A stretch of DNA of 62,734 bases. It comes from Alphaproteobacteria bacterium. Its GTDB lineage: Bacteria; Pseudomonadota; Alphaproteobacteria; RF32; CAG-239. The stretch is from contig JAFUYI010000002.1 of the NCBI GenBank assembly GCA_017470585.1, forward strand, positions 1 through 62,734, read 5' to 3'. The notes below the pieces were generated by a model that did no database searches, was not told the origin of the DNA, and saw only the letters and a program-made list of their open reading frames with translations. Shown here one piece after another: positions 28,643 to 38,067 of the stretch (positions are counted from its first letter, which is position 1; every line of letters begins with the position of its first letter). The translations under genes and the position numbers were made by a program.

Positions 28643-29149
28643 TTACGACTCGGGTGTATATTGAATAGTTACACTGCCGAAATCATAAACTTTAGGAGCA
28701 GGAACAACGCCACCATACGATGCAAAGCCTGTTACCGCAAATTCATAACCGCTTACATGGCCAATAACTAAACGGGCTTTAAGCTTATCGCCATATTCAC
28801 CGCTGTTGATATATATGTCATAATCTCCACCTTCCTCAAATGATAACACATTTTCGTAATTGGCGGGATTAGGAATATTAGCGGTAAATCGTCCCGCCGT
28901 CATAGAACCGGAGATAACACCGACTTCATTATAATCTTCACATCCATCAACCTCTCCGCTACAATCAACACTTCCATAAGTTTGACTTGGATCAATGGTC
29001 ATATTCCAGCTGATATTTCTTGTTACATTTAAACTCACATCGTGAGCGATGGTGGCGGTAACGGTCATAGTTGCAGAGTTGTCCGCGTAGGCGCAATAAC
29101 TGCCTATGGAAACCGCAGCAATACCTAATAGTAAAATATATTTTTTCAT
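28643..29149 (-). CDS. Secreted pilin-like protein, copy 7 (close paralog of copy 14)
   Basis: SATMTVTATIAHDVSLNVTRNISW; GVVPAPKVYDFGSVTIQYTPES identical to copy 14. Confidence 0.72.
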   Translation of the reverse strand: MKKYILLLGIAAVSIGSYCAYADNSATMTVTATIAHDVSLNVTRNISWNMTIDPSQTYGSVDCSGEVDGCEDYNEVGVISGSMTAGRFTANIPNPANYENVLSFEEGGDYDIYINSGEYGDKLKARLVIGHVSGYEFAVTGFASYGGVVPAPKVYDFGSVTIQYTPES

Positions 29150-29414
29150 AGTTTAACGTCCTTTTCATATTAAAATTTAAGATGAAAAGCTGCGCTCGTG
29201 AAACTCAAGAGGCGCAGCCGGATGTTGATCACTATAACGTATAATAGTCCCGCATATTAAGCTTGGCAGCATATTCTGCAGGCATCCGGCTGCATAATAA
29301 AGCCAGACTGCCGATTTATGTTTCGGCACAAACAAAACGTTAGAGGCGATCAAACCCCAAAGCGAGAATCACTCGCTCCAAAATTAAGTTAACATATCGT
29401 TTGATTTGAATCAA
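29150..29414 (-). ncRNA. Highly diverged structured leader, copy 7
   Basis: TTGATT-N17-TAACTT; GCAGCCGGATG/CATCCGGCTGC replaces the antiterminator, GCTGCGC/GCGCAGC the terminator; TTGATC/GATCAA and TAACGT/ACGTTA pairings. Confidence 0.82.
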
Positions 29415-29489
29415 GCAAAAATTAAAAAAATGAAGAATTTTATAATTTTTATTATTCTCCGCCATTTCTTTACATACTTAAACATCAAT

Positions 29490-29790
29490 CGCCGAGCTTG
29501 ACTTTGGCATCAGGTCTAAAATCGGCTTATTTTTTAACCTGGACGCCGCATCAAGTGCGGCGTGACATAGAAGAGGAAGGACTCCGAAGAAATGAGCGCG
29601 TGACATGAGAGGGGAGGAACGCCGAAGAGGGGAGTGACGAGGAGGGGAAAGACCTCAAAAAAATAGATGCTGAAACAAGTTCAGCATGACATTGGGAGAG
29701 TAAGACCAAACACCATTTTTGTCGTCCTGAACTTGTTTCAGGACCTCAAGATTCCGAAACAAGTTAGGAATTGACAAAGGAGAGTGAGGC
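29490..29790. repeat. REP/RPE-like palindrome cluster
   Basis: Inverted near-copy of ~112-342; left part is also an inverted match to ~61730-61850. Confidence 0.82.
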
Positions 29791-29835
29791 TAACCGCTAG
29801 CACCGGCAAGCGCAGCGCAATAATTAAATTACAAT

Positions 29836-30342
29836 TCAGCTGTTTTGGAGATTATTCACTGCTTCGGCAATAAGTCGGGCGTGCGTGTGATATAAATCAC
29901 TTTTGCCGATTTGAACGTTTGCCCCTGCCAATTCGCATTGAATTATAACATCCTGCAGGCGTTTATACCCTTCATCGGCACTGATGACAAGCCGCTTCTT
30001 CCAATCCCCAAATCGGTTTTGCATCAGCAATAAGTTCCTGCCCAGCTCATACATACAAATCGGTTGATCCGATGAACCGCCGCAAAAATACATTGAAAAA
30101 ATATCGCATTCTTCAAGGTTTCTGAATTCCCATTCAATTTGTACGCGTGCCGCACCGGCATCGTCAATCGGGAAATGTTTGCGCCGCGGATTAAAAACTA
30201 CCAAGTTCGGCAGGTTATATTTTTTTAATTCATCTATAACATTATCCTGCCAACCCTCACACCCGCAAATTCCTCCGGCGAGAAATACGCGTATATCGTT
30301 TTTTTCTTGTACATACTCCTTTGGGGCGCAAATAACTCTCAT
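29836..30342 (-). CDS. Nucleoside 2-deoxyribosyltransferase-like protein
   Basis: VFLAGGI...WQ...VFNPRR...QIEWE...YELG. Confidence 0.72.
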   Translation of the reverse strand: MRVICAPKEYVQEKNDIRVFLAGGICGCEGWQDNVIDELKKYNLPNLVVFNPRRKHFPIDDAGAARVQIEWEFRNLEECDIFSMYFCGGSSDQPICMYELGRNLLLMQNRFGDWKKRLVISADEGYKRLQDVIIQCELAGANVQIGKSDLYHTHARLIAEAVNNLQNS

Positions 30343-30343
30343 T

Positions 30344-31033
30344 TTATTCCACCGATATTTCAATTAAGCGGTCCATACTTTTTTGTTCATTGGGGTTGTA
30401 CCCGTTACCGCTTTTTTTGACTTCTTTTTCATCTTTTTTATTTTCTACTTTGGGTTGTACAAGCTGTTCAAACAGGGCATCCATATCTTCCGACAACCCC
30501 GGCTCCTCCGTTTCTTGGGCTTTGCTTTCTTTTGTATTTTGGCTTAAAGATTTCTCAACATTTTTCGGCAGCAGTTTGGCAATCGGTGCCGCAAAATCGC
30601 CCGCCATCTGAAAATATTTCGAGTCCTTGAATAATTGCGGCTGTTCGTTGTGCGGAATAATCCAACCCGAGAAAATATAAAACAGAATTATCAAAATGCA
30701 GGCGCGGATAATTCCGAAAAAAAGCCCCAAAATCCTATCAATCGTGCTTAATTTGCTGGCGCGGATTTTATCAATAATCTGTGAAGTTATAATTATCCAA
30801 ATAACAAAAAAGACCACCAAAATAAAAAGCGAAGACAAAATCAACGGAGCCAAGCCTTTGCTCTCAACATACTTTTCGGCAAACGGCTGAACAACGGGCA
30901 GCAACATAACAATCACAACCACCGAGAGAATCCAGCCGATAATGGATAAAACTTCCTTTATCAGACCGCGGTTTAGGGCAATCAAGCCCGATATTGCCAC
31001 CACAATCAAAATGAAAACATCCAAATTATTCAT
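30344..31033 (-). CDS. cvpA: CvpA-family membrane protein
   Basis: RGLIKEVLSIIGW, DRILGLFFGIIR; downstream of radA. Confidence 0.88.
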   Translation of the reverse strand: MNNLDVFILIVVAISGLIALNRGLIKEVLSIIGWILSVVVIVMLLPVVQPFAEKYVESKGLAPLILSSLFILVVFFVIWIIITSQIIDKIRASKLSTIDRILGLFFGIIRACILIILFYIFSGWIIPHNEQPQLFKDSKYFQMAGDFAAPIAKLLPKNVEKSLSQNTKESKAQETEEPGLSEDMDALFEQLVQPKVENKKDEKEVKKSGNGYNPNEQKSMDRLIEISVE

Positions 31034-31048
31034 TTATTTTCTAGCCCT

Positions 31049-32422
31049 TTAATTAAACCAGTTAATCAATTTCTGTACGTTGCCGATTTCGTGGAGCTGC
31101 AAATCACCGCCCGCAAGTTTTTTATCTTTTGTATGATTAAGCGGAACAATCGCACTCTTAAAACCCAATTTTCCGGCTTCTTTCAGCCGCAAATTCGGCT
31201 GACTTACCGCCCGTATCTCTCCGGATAAGCCGATTTCGCCGAAAATCACCATATCGGCGGGCATCGGTTTGTTGGTAAGCGAAGATATAATCGCCATGGC
31301 AACCGCCAAGTCTGCTGCCGGTTCCGTGATTTTCAAGCCGCCGGCAATATTTAAATAAACATCCTGACTGCTCAAATTAAGTCCGCCGCGGGTTTCAAGC
31401 ACGGCCAAAACCATTGACAACCGCCCCGAATCCCAGCCGACAACCGCTCTTTTAGGCGCGCTGTATCCGGTTAAACCGACAAGAGCCTGAATCTCTACCA
31501 ACAGCGGTCTTGAACCCTCAATTCCGGCAAAAACGCAAGAACCGGAGATATTGCCCCGCCGTTCCGCCAAAAACAGTGCCGAAGGGTTTTCAACTTCCAT
31601 TAACCCTTTGTCCTGCATTTCAAAAACACCGATTTCATCGGTTGCGCCGTAACGGTTTTTAACCGCCCGCAAAATACGGAATTGATGTCCTCTCTCGCCC
31701 TCGAAATATAAAACCGTATCAACCATGTGTTCCAAAACTCTGGGACCGGCGATCGAACCTTGTTTGGTAACGTGTCCGACCAAAAATAAAACAAATCCTT
31801 TTTTCTTGGCAAGCTTTATCAGCTCATACGCGCACGCTCTTACCTGCGACACACTGCCCGGAGTTGATTCCGCCGCTTCCAAATACATGGTTTGAATAGA
31901 ATCAATCACCACCACTTTGGCGTTAGTTTTATCTATCGTTGCAATAATGTTTTCCACGTCGGTAGCCGAGGCGAGTTTGACCGGAGCATCTGCCAATCCC
32001 AACCGGCGGGCGCGGATTCTTACCTGATCAAGAGCCTCCTCTCCGGAGATATAATAGCACTCCGGCTGTTGCGGAAGACCGGCAATGCTGGCGCACGCCT
32101 GCAGTAATAACGTGGATTTGCCGATACCGGGGTCTCCGCCCACCAGAATAACCGACCCCGGAACCAAACCGCCGCCGCTTACTCGGTCAAGTTCTTTAAT
32201 TCCGGTTGTAATTCGTGCTGGATTGTTAAGGTTTCCGTTTAGGGGTACAAAATCAATCTGTTCAACAAATTTTCCTCCGAGTTTGGAATATCCTTCCGCG
32301 ATTGTACTTTTTTCTTCAACAATCGTATTCCATTCCCCGCACTCATCACATTTACCCTGCCATTTGGGATAAACGCTGCCGCAGCTCTGACAAAAATATT
32401 GGATTGTGTTTTTTTTGACCAT
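31049..32422 (-). CDS. radA: DNA repair protein RadA/Sms
   Basis: C4 zinc finger, GGDPGIGKSTLLLQ, KNRYG, Lon-like C-terminus. Confidence 0.97.
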   Translation of the reverse strand: MVKKNTIQYFCQSCGSVYPKWQGKCDECGEWNTIVEEKSTIAEGYSKLGGKFVEQIDFVPLNGNLNNPARITTGIKELDRVSGGGLVPGSVILVGGDPGIGKSTLLLQACASIAGLPQQPECYYISGEEALDQVRIRARRLGLADAPVKLASATDVENIIATIDKTNAKVVVIDSIQTMYLEAAESTPGSVSQVRACAYELIKLAKKKGFVLFLVGHVTKQGSIAGPRVLEHMVDTVLYFEGERGHQFRILRAVKNRYGATDEIGVFEMQDKGLMEVENPSALFLAERRGNISGSCVFAGIEGSRPLLVEIQALVGLTGYSAPKRAVVGWDSGRLSMVLAVLETRGGLNLSSQDVYLNIAGGLKITEPAADLAVAMAIISSLTNKPMPADMVIFGEIGLSGEIRAVSQPNLRLKEAGKLGFKSAIVPLNHTKDKKLAGGDLQLHEIGNVQKLINWFN

Positions 32423-32430
32423 TTTATCTC

Positions 32431-33201
32431 CTAAAGTTCAACCTTAATCGGACCTTGCGAACGTCCTTCCACAAACTGTCTGACAAACGGATTATCGGTT
32501 TTATCCAGTTCTGCAACCGTTCCCTGCCAAACAATTTTGCCCTTATAAAGCATGGCTATTCTATCGGCAATTTTTCTAGCCGATGCCATATCATGAGTAA
32601 TGGTCAACGCCGAAGCTCCGATTCTTTTAACCGAGTCAATAATCAAATCGTTAATAACATCGGCCATAATCGGATCAAGTCCGGTAGTTGGTTCATCAAA
32701 AAAGATAATATCGGGATGAGTGGCAATCGCCCGCGCCAAACCTACACGCTTTTGCATTCCGCCCGAAAGCTCGGAAGGCGACAAATCCGCAACATCAGAG
32801 GACAATCCCACCTGATGCAGGTATTCCACGGCCTGTTCTTTGGCGCGTTTTTTTGGCATACGCTCGTTTTCAATCAAACCGAAAGCAACATTTTCCCATA
32901 CGCTCAAACTGTCAAAAAGTGCGCCGCCTTGAAAAAGCATACCCATTTTGGCATAAAGCTTTTCGGCATCTTTGCGGGGAACGCCGACCGATTCCTTGCC
33001 GTCAATTTTAATAGATCCGAAATCAGGAACAATAAGTCCCTGAATACATTTAATCAAAACCGATTTTCCGGTACCGGAGCCGCCTATAACCACCAGCGAT
33101 TCGCCTTGGTTAATCTCTAAATCAACACCATCTAAAACCACCTTGTTTCCGAAGGCTTTGTGAAGATTTTTAACCGCAATTTTCGGAAATTTTTTTTCCA
33201 T
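32431..33201 (-). CDS. mlaF: MlaF/Mkl-type ABC transporter ATPase
   Basis: GGSGTGKS, LSGGMQKRVGLARA, DEPTTGLDP; adjacent to mlaE. Confidence 0.87.
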   Translation of the reverse strand: MEKKFPKIAVKNLHKAFGNKVVLDGVDLEINQGESLVVIGGSGTGKSVLIKCIQGLIVPDFGSIKIDGKESVGVPRKDAEKLYAKMGMLFQGGALFDSLSVWENVAFGLIENERMPKKRAKEQAVEYLHQVGLSSDVADLSPSELSGGMQKRVGLARAIATHPDIIFFDEPTTGLDPIMADVINDLIIDSVKRIGASALTITHDMASARKIADRIAMLYKGKIVWQGTVAELDKTDNPFVRQFVEGRSQGPIKVEL

Positions 33202-33210
33202 TGACAGCTC

Positions 33211-34002
33211 CTATTTTGTAAAAATCATACCGGTAATGATATAGTTGCAGATTAAAATCAAAATCGAAGAGGAAACGACGGCGTTGGTAGTGGCACTTCC
33301 CACACCCTGCGCTCCGCCCTTTGATTTATAGCCGTTATAACATCCCATCAAAGCAATAATAAATCCGAATACCGCCCCTTTGATAAGACCGGTAACAATA
33401 TCTATGCTCTGCAGCTCATTGATTGTGGTGTTGATGTAGTTGGCGGGATTGTACTGCAGCTGATAGATAGCAACGGTATATCCGCCGAAAATGCCAATAA
33501 CATCGCCGATTAAAACCAACAGCGGCAAGACAATGATTCCCGCTAACAGCCGCGGTGTAACCAAATATTTAAACGGATTGGTGGAAAGGGTTGATAATGC
33601 ATCAATCTGCTCGGTTACGCGCATGGTTCCGATTTCGGCAGCCATTGCCGCGCCTATGCGCCCGGCAACCATCAAACCCGAAAACACCGGAGCCAATTCG
33701 CGGGTAACCGCAATCAATACCACGGTTGCCACTGCCGACTCGGCACCATAGCTTGAAAAACCGGCATTGGTCTGCAAAGCAATCACCATTCCGGCAAAAA
33801 CCGTGGTCAATGCCACAACCGGAAGGGAGTAAAATCCTATATCAACCATCTGCCGAAACAGAAGCTTCAAATAGATCGGCGGGGTCAGGCAGTTAAATAT
33901 CGCCCGTGCGATAAATATTGATAATTCGCCCAGTCTTGAGATAAAAGCAATCAGCGGCCGCCCCAAAGCACGCAAAAAATTCTCAACATATTTCTTTAAC
34001 AT
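33211..34002 (-). CDS. mlaE: MlaE-family permease
   Basis: RELAPV, AGRIGAAMAAEIGTMRVTEQIDAL, GVGSATTNAVV. Confidence 0.92.
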   Translation of the reverse strand: MLKKYVENFLRALGRPLIAFISRLGELSIFIARAIFNCLTPPIYLKLLFRQMVDIGFYSLPVVALTTVFAGMVIALQTNAGFSSYGAESAVATVVLIAVTRELAPVFSGLMVAGRIGAAMAAEIGTMRVTEQIDALSTLSTNPFKYLVTPRLLAGIIVLPLLVLIGDVIGIFGGYTVAIYQLQYNPANYINTTINELQSIDIVTGLIKGAVFGFIIALMGCYNGYKSKGGAQGVGSATTNAVVSSSILILICNYIITGMIFTK

Positions 34003-34146
34003 CGGGTTTTCCTTGAATAGTTACGCCGAAGATGATAAAGCAAGAACAATTAAAATGCAAGCACTTTAACAGAGTTTTGAGCAAAGTTTTTAACGCTTAA
34101 AATTAAAAACAGCCCTTGAGATATTCCCAAGGGCTGTTGCATTGTT

Positions 34147-34665
34147 TTACGAGGCAGTGTAAAAGATGGTAATGGTTTGGGTGTGTTCACCGGTGGTGAC
34201 TCCTGACATATCATTTATATCACATGCAGAAGGAAATACTTTAAAGTTATTTTCGCTTCCGGTGTATCGAATAGTCATTTCGCAATGATTGTTCGTACCG
34301 GCTCCTCCAAAGAAGCCGGCAATAACCTCACCGCTAGTTGCTTGAATGTCTAATCCATCTCTAGAAGATGGATTAGGAATATTGGCAGTAAAAGTACCAA
34401 CTGTGGCATTATCTGCCGAAACAATCGCTCCTTGATTCTCAAAACTGATTGCACCTGATTCGTCATAAGTCCAAATTGTACTACTTCCCGTATAAGCCGG
34501 ATTGATGGTGATAGTGCCAAGATCCACATCTTGGGTAACATTTAGGCTCACATCGTGAGCGATTGTGGCGGTAACGGTCATTGTGGCAGAGTTAGCGGCA
34601 TAGGCGGCATAACTGCCAAGAGCAACTCCCGCAATGCCGAGCATTAAAATATAATTTTTCATCAT
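34147..34665 (-). CDS. Secreted pilin-like protein, copy 8 (type A)
   Basis: SATMTVTATIAHDVSL, DLGTITINP, FTANIPNP, TITIFY. Confidence 0.72.
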   Translation of the reverse strand: MMKNYILMLGIAGVALGSYAAYAANSATMTVTATIAHDVSLNVTQDVDLGTITINPAYTGSSTIWTYDESGAISFENQGAIVSADNATVGTFTANIPNPSSRDGLDIQATSGEVIAGFFGGAGTNNHCEMTIRYTGSENNFKVFPSACDINDMSGVTTGEHTQTITIFYTAS

Positions 34666-34927
34666 AAAAACTTCCTTTTTTTATTAAAGTTATAAAAAAG
34701 AAACCACCTGTTGGAGAGGCACTCCGCGAGGTGGTTGGAAGTTAGCAACTGATTAGAGGATCAGTGCAGAGTATTTGACTTATCTCTTATTCCTCTGCCT
34801 TCCAACCATTATAGCAGGAAGAATTTTTACGTTTTTCTTAAAAACGCCTCTAAAGAGGTTGCTACACCTCAAAGCAGAATTTCCCTGCTTCGTTTTTCAC
34901 CCTAGCATAAAAAATTACGCTTGTCAA
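34666..34927 (-). ncRNA. Promoter plus structured leader, copy 8
   Basis: TTGACA-N17-TAGGGT; TAGCAAC/GTTGCTA and TTAGAGG/CCTCTAA. Confidence 0.85.
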
Positions 34928-34940
34928 AGCAAAATTTGCT

Positions 34941-35193
34941 TTGACAATAAGATTTTTTTGTGCTAGCTTAAATTTGAAGTGAATGAAGATTCACTTTGAG
35001 GTTTGAAGACCTCTCTAATGTCGTTTATGCTAAAACGTAATTTAGTTTGTCCGCCTTTTTGGTTGGAAGTCTGCAAAATATAAAGAATATGCGGAACTAT
35101 TACATTAGATAGTCTTCAACTTCCAGCCACCTCGCGGGTGAAAAACCCAACAGGTGGTTTTTTTTATGACGTTAATAAAAAAAGGAAGTTTAG
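34941..35193 (+). ncRNA. Promoter plus structured leader, copy 9 (reference copy)
   Basis: TTGACA(34941)-N17-TAGCTT(34964) with TG; TTGAAGAC/GTCTTCAA, TCTAATGT/ACATTAGA, TGGTTGGAAG/CTTCCAGCCA; terminator 35127-35165. Confidence 0.88.
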
Positions 35194-35682
35194 ATGATGA
35201 AAAACTATATTTTAATGCTTGGCGTTGCAAGCGTTGCTCTTTGCAGTTACGCCGCAATGGCTTCCAACTCTGCCACAATGCAGGTTAGCGCAACCATCAA
35301 TCACGATGCAAGCTTGAGCGTGAGCAGAGATTTAAACATCGGTACCATTACTATTGATCCAAGTCAAACATACGGTATTTTCGGCTTTTCCTGTGATGGT
35401 ATTCCGGGCTGGCCGCCGCAAGGACCCGGAGGAGTAAAGGCTATTGATGATATACAGATCGGACTTTTGAGTGCCAATGTTCCCGATCTTGCGGTAGAAC
35501 ACGGTTTTTTATATATAGAAACACCAAATATAACATTGGGAGCCTTAAATGTTGATTTGTATATAGATAAAATCTCCGGCAATAATTACTGTGTTGATGC
35601 GGGTGCTGTTGAATACGACGGAAGTGTTCCGAGCGAAGGAACTTATGAAGCAGATATAACCATACGTTATGATGCGGAATAA
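35194..35682 (+). CDS. Secreted pilin-like protein, copy 9 (type A)
   Basis: SATMQVSATINHDASL, DLNIGTITIDP, GTYEADITIRY. Confidence 0.72.
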   Translation: MMKNYILMLGVASVALCSYAAMASNSATMQVSATINHDASLSVSRDLNIGTITIDPSQTYGIFGFSCDGIPGWPPQGPGGVKAIDDIQIGLLSANVPDLAVEHGFLYIETPNITLGALNVDLYIDKISGNNYCVDAGAVEYDGSVPSEGTYEADITIRYDAE

Positions 35683-35891
35683 TTATCTGCTGCAACAGGA
35701 GGGGAGTTTATCTCTCCTCCTTTATTTTTTTATAAGTCAATTTCTTTTCCTTGTTCTTCATCAAACAGGGCGTATTTCCCACATTGTTACCTCATACTCC
35801 ATAGTTTTGATATATTAAAACAATGAAGTATGGAAGTGTTTGCTGTCAAGCATAAAAAATTCCCTGCGGCACGCGGCAGCAGGGGATTTTT

Positions 35892-36248
35892 TTAGTTTTT
35901 CTTTAGTGCCATACAAACCCATAAAACGGCGCATACGGCAAACACCAGCAAAAACCAGCCTTGCGGGGTCGGTGAGGAAAAGTTAAAGCAAATTAAAACC
36001 ATTCCTATCACCCAAATAAAAATAACCGACAATGAGAGCATCGACTCGTTATTGTATCGGCGGCGCAAATCGGCTTTTTCAAGCGATGCTCTTTTGTCAT
36101 CGTTTGTTTTGTCGGCTTTAAATATTTCCGGGTGTTGCTTTGAAAAATGCCAAAGACGATAGGACATTACCAACAACACTGCCGCAACTGCCAAAGTCCA
36201 TAATTGGATATAAGGCAGAACATCTTCTAATAATACTTCTTGTTCCAT
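35892..36248 (-). CDS. Hypothetical membrane protein
   Basis: Three hydrophobic segments; terminator hairpin downstream. Confidence 0.6.
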   Translation of the reverse strand: MEQEVLLEDVLPYIQLWTLAVAAVLLVMSYRLWHFSKQHPEIFKADKTNDDKRASLEKADLRRRYNNESMLSLSVIFIWVIGMVLICFNFSSPTPQGWFLLVFAVCAVLWVCMALKKN

Positions 36249-36321
36249 AAGCTTTTATTTTTTGGTATAATTATTATGATAATTGTAATCTTACGCCTTG
36301 CAAACTAACCAAAAACGTCCT

Positions 36322-36609
36322 TTAAGTCAAGCATAAATTTTTTGAACACCCCATCGGAGAAGAAAAAAATTTTTCAACGCTCGTTATCATAACCGCGCGA
36401 AGGAGTTTCACAAAAAGCTCCCCGCTGCATTTATGTTTACTGCCCATTGCGGCGCATAGGGTTTCATCGTCGGTTTCCTCCAGCCATTCCCCGAATTGGG
36501 CAATTTTTTCCTGTCTGTCGCCGCAAACTTTTTCATATACATTATCCATAAACCAAAACCATACATTATCCGCCGCTTTGTTAATAATTTTCCATACCTT
36601 GGCTATCAT
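36322..36609 (-). CDS. Hypothetical protein
   Basis: AGAGGA RBS and TTGACA-N17-TATGTT promoter upstream. Confidence 0.55.
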   Translation of the reverse strand: MIAKVWKIINKAADNVWFWFMDNVYEKVCGDRQEKIAQFGEWLEETDDETLCAAMGSKHKCSGELFVKLLRAVMITSVEKFFSSPMGCSKNLCLT

Positions 36610-36754
36610 TATATCCTCTCTTCTGTTGTATTTATTGTAAATAACATATTGTATATATACAATATTGTCAATATTTTTTATGCGGGATATAAATAAAATA
36701 TTAAGTTATTGGTGGTAAATGTGACGGAAAGGAGAGGTAAAAAACTTGCACAAG

Positions 36755-37621
36755 ATGTGGGTATTGATATTTGTACTCGTTTTGAGCGGGTGCGGCACAT
36801 GGTGGGGAAGCACGCCTGAGGAAATCATTGTCGGGCGAGGCGATACTTTGTACAGTATTTCCAAACGCTATGATTTGCAGATGCGCGATCTTATTGATGC
36901 CAATGCCTTAAAACCTCCCTATACATTGCGAATCGGACAGGTTTTGAAAGTTCCGGTAAGCAATTACCATGTCGTTAATAAGGGCGATACACTCTACGGC
37001 ATTTCGCGGATTTACGGCATAGATGTCAAAACGCTTGCCGCCAATAACGGTCTTGAAGAGCCTTATACCTTGATTGTCGGACAAAGAATTGCCCTGAACG
37101 GCTCACCTCGTCCGGTTTCTCAAGCAACACCTCCCAAAACATCTGCCAAGCCGGTTGTTGCTTCTTCTTCTGCAGTAAAACCGGCAGCGGTTAACAAAAC
37201 GGCTGCTGCACCGAAGCAAACGGCGACAAAAGTTTCCAAATACCGCAAGACTAAATTTTTATGGCCGGTTAAAGGCACAATCTGTTCTAATTACGGCACT
37301 ATCGGCAAAGGCCGCGCCAATGACGGCATAAACATTAAAGCCCCGCTCGGCACTGCCGTAAAGGCCGCCGACAAAGGAGTGATAGCATACGCCGGAAACG
37401 AACTCAAAGGATTCGGCAACCTTATTTTGGTTCGCCATGATGACGGCTGGATTACCGCTTACGCCCACAATCAAAAGCTTTTGGTCAAAAAGGGGCAGCG
37501 CGTGGCAAGAGGTGAAAAAATAGCTACGGTCGGCACCACCGGAGGGGTAAATTCTCCCCAGCTCCATTTTGAAATCCGCGCCGGCAAGAATCCCGTCAAT
37601 CCGACAGCTTATTTGCAATAA
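36755..37621 (+). CDS. LysM plus M23 peptidase lipoprotein (NlpD/DipM-like)
   Basis: LSGC lipobox, two GDTLY LysM repeats, WPVKG, YAHN, LHFEIR; upstream of yajC. Confidence 0.88.
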   Translation: MWVLIFVLVLSGCGTWWGSTPEEIIVGRGDTLYSISKRYDLQMRDLIDANALKPPYTLRIGQVLKVPVSNYHVVNKGDTLYGISRIYGIDVKTLAANNGLEEPYTLIVGQRIALNGSPRPVSQATPPKTSAKPVVASSSAVKPAAVNKTAAAPKQTATKVSKYRKTKFLWPVKGTICSNYGTIGKGRANDGINIKAPLGTAVKAADKGVIAYAGNELKGFGNLILVRHDDGWITAYAHNQKLLVKKGQRVARGEKIATVGTTGGVNSPQLHFEIRAGKNPVNPTAYLQ

Positions 37622-37695
37622 GTAAAAAAAATCTGTTGTTATTTGTAAATATTGGTGTATATTCTAAAGCCAAAATAAGTTAAGAGGAGAAAAAT

Positions 37696-38052
37696 ATGTT
37701 GATAAATAACGCTTTTGCTCAAGCCGCCGGAGGAGCCGCAAGCACTTCGTCCTTGGGTTTAATCGTGCAGTTGGTTTTAATTTTTCTGGTTTTTTATTTT
37801 ATCTTGCTGCGTCCGCAAAAAAAACGCATTCTCGAACATGAAGCGCAATTGAGGGCAATCAAGGCAGGCAATACCATTATTACCGGAGGCGGAATTATCG
37901 CCAAAGTAAAAAAAGCCGATGAAGAAAAACTCACGGTTTCCATCTCTCCTACAACCGAAATTGTCGTTTTGCGTGAAACCGTACGCGGAATTTACGGCGC
38001 AGAAGAGTCCTCAAGCGTTAAAGAAACCCCTTCAAAAAAACGTAAAAACTAA
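37696..38052 (+). CDS. yajC: Preprotein translocase subunit YajC
   Basis: FYFILLRPQKKR, ITGGGI; precedes secDF. Confidence 0.93.
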   Translation: MLINNAFAQAAGGAASTSSLGLIVQLVLIFLVFYFILLRPQKKRILEHEAQLRAIKAGNTIITGGGIIAKVKKADEEKLTVSISPTTEIVVLRETVRGIYGAEESSSVKETPSKKRKN

Positions 38053-38067
38053 AAAAGAGAAAATAAT

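Noticed and set aside
34998-35157. Leader inverted repeats as DNA inversion (phase-variation) sites
   Set aside because: The repeats are interleaved, short, lie downstream of the promoter and tolerate sense-strand G-U pairs; all copies have the same internal orientation.
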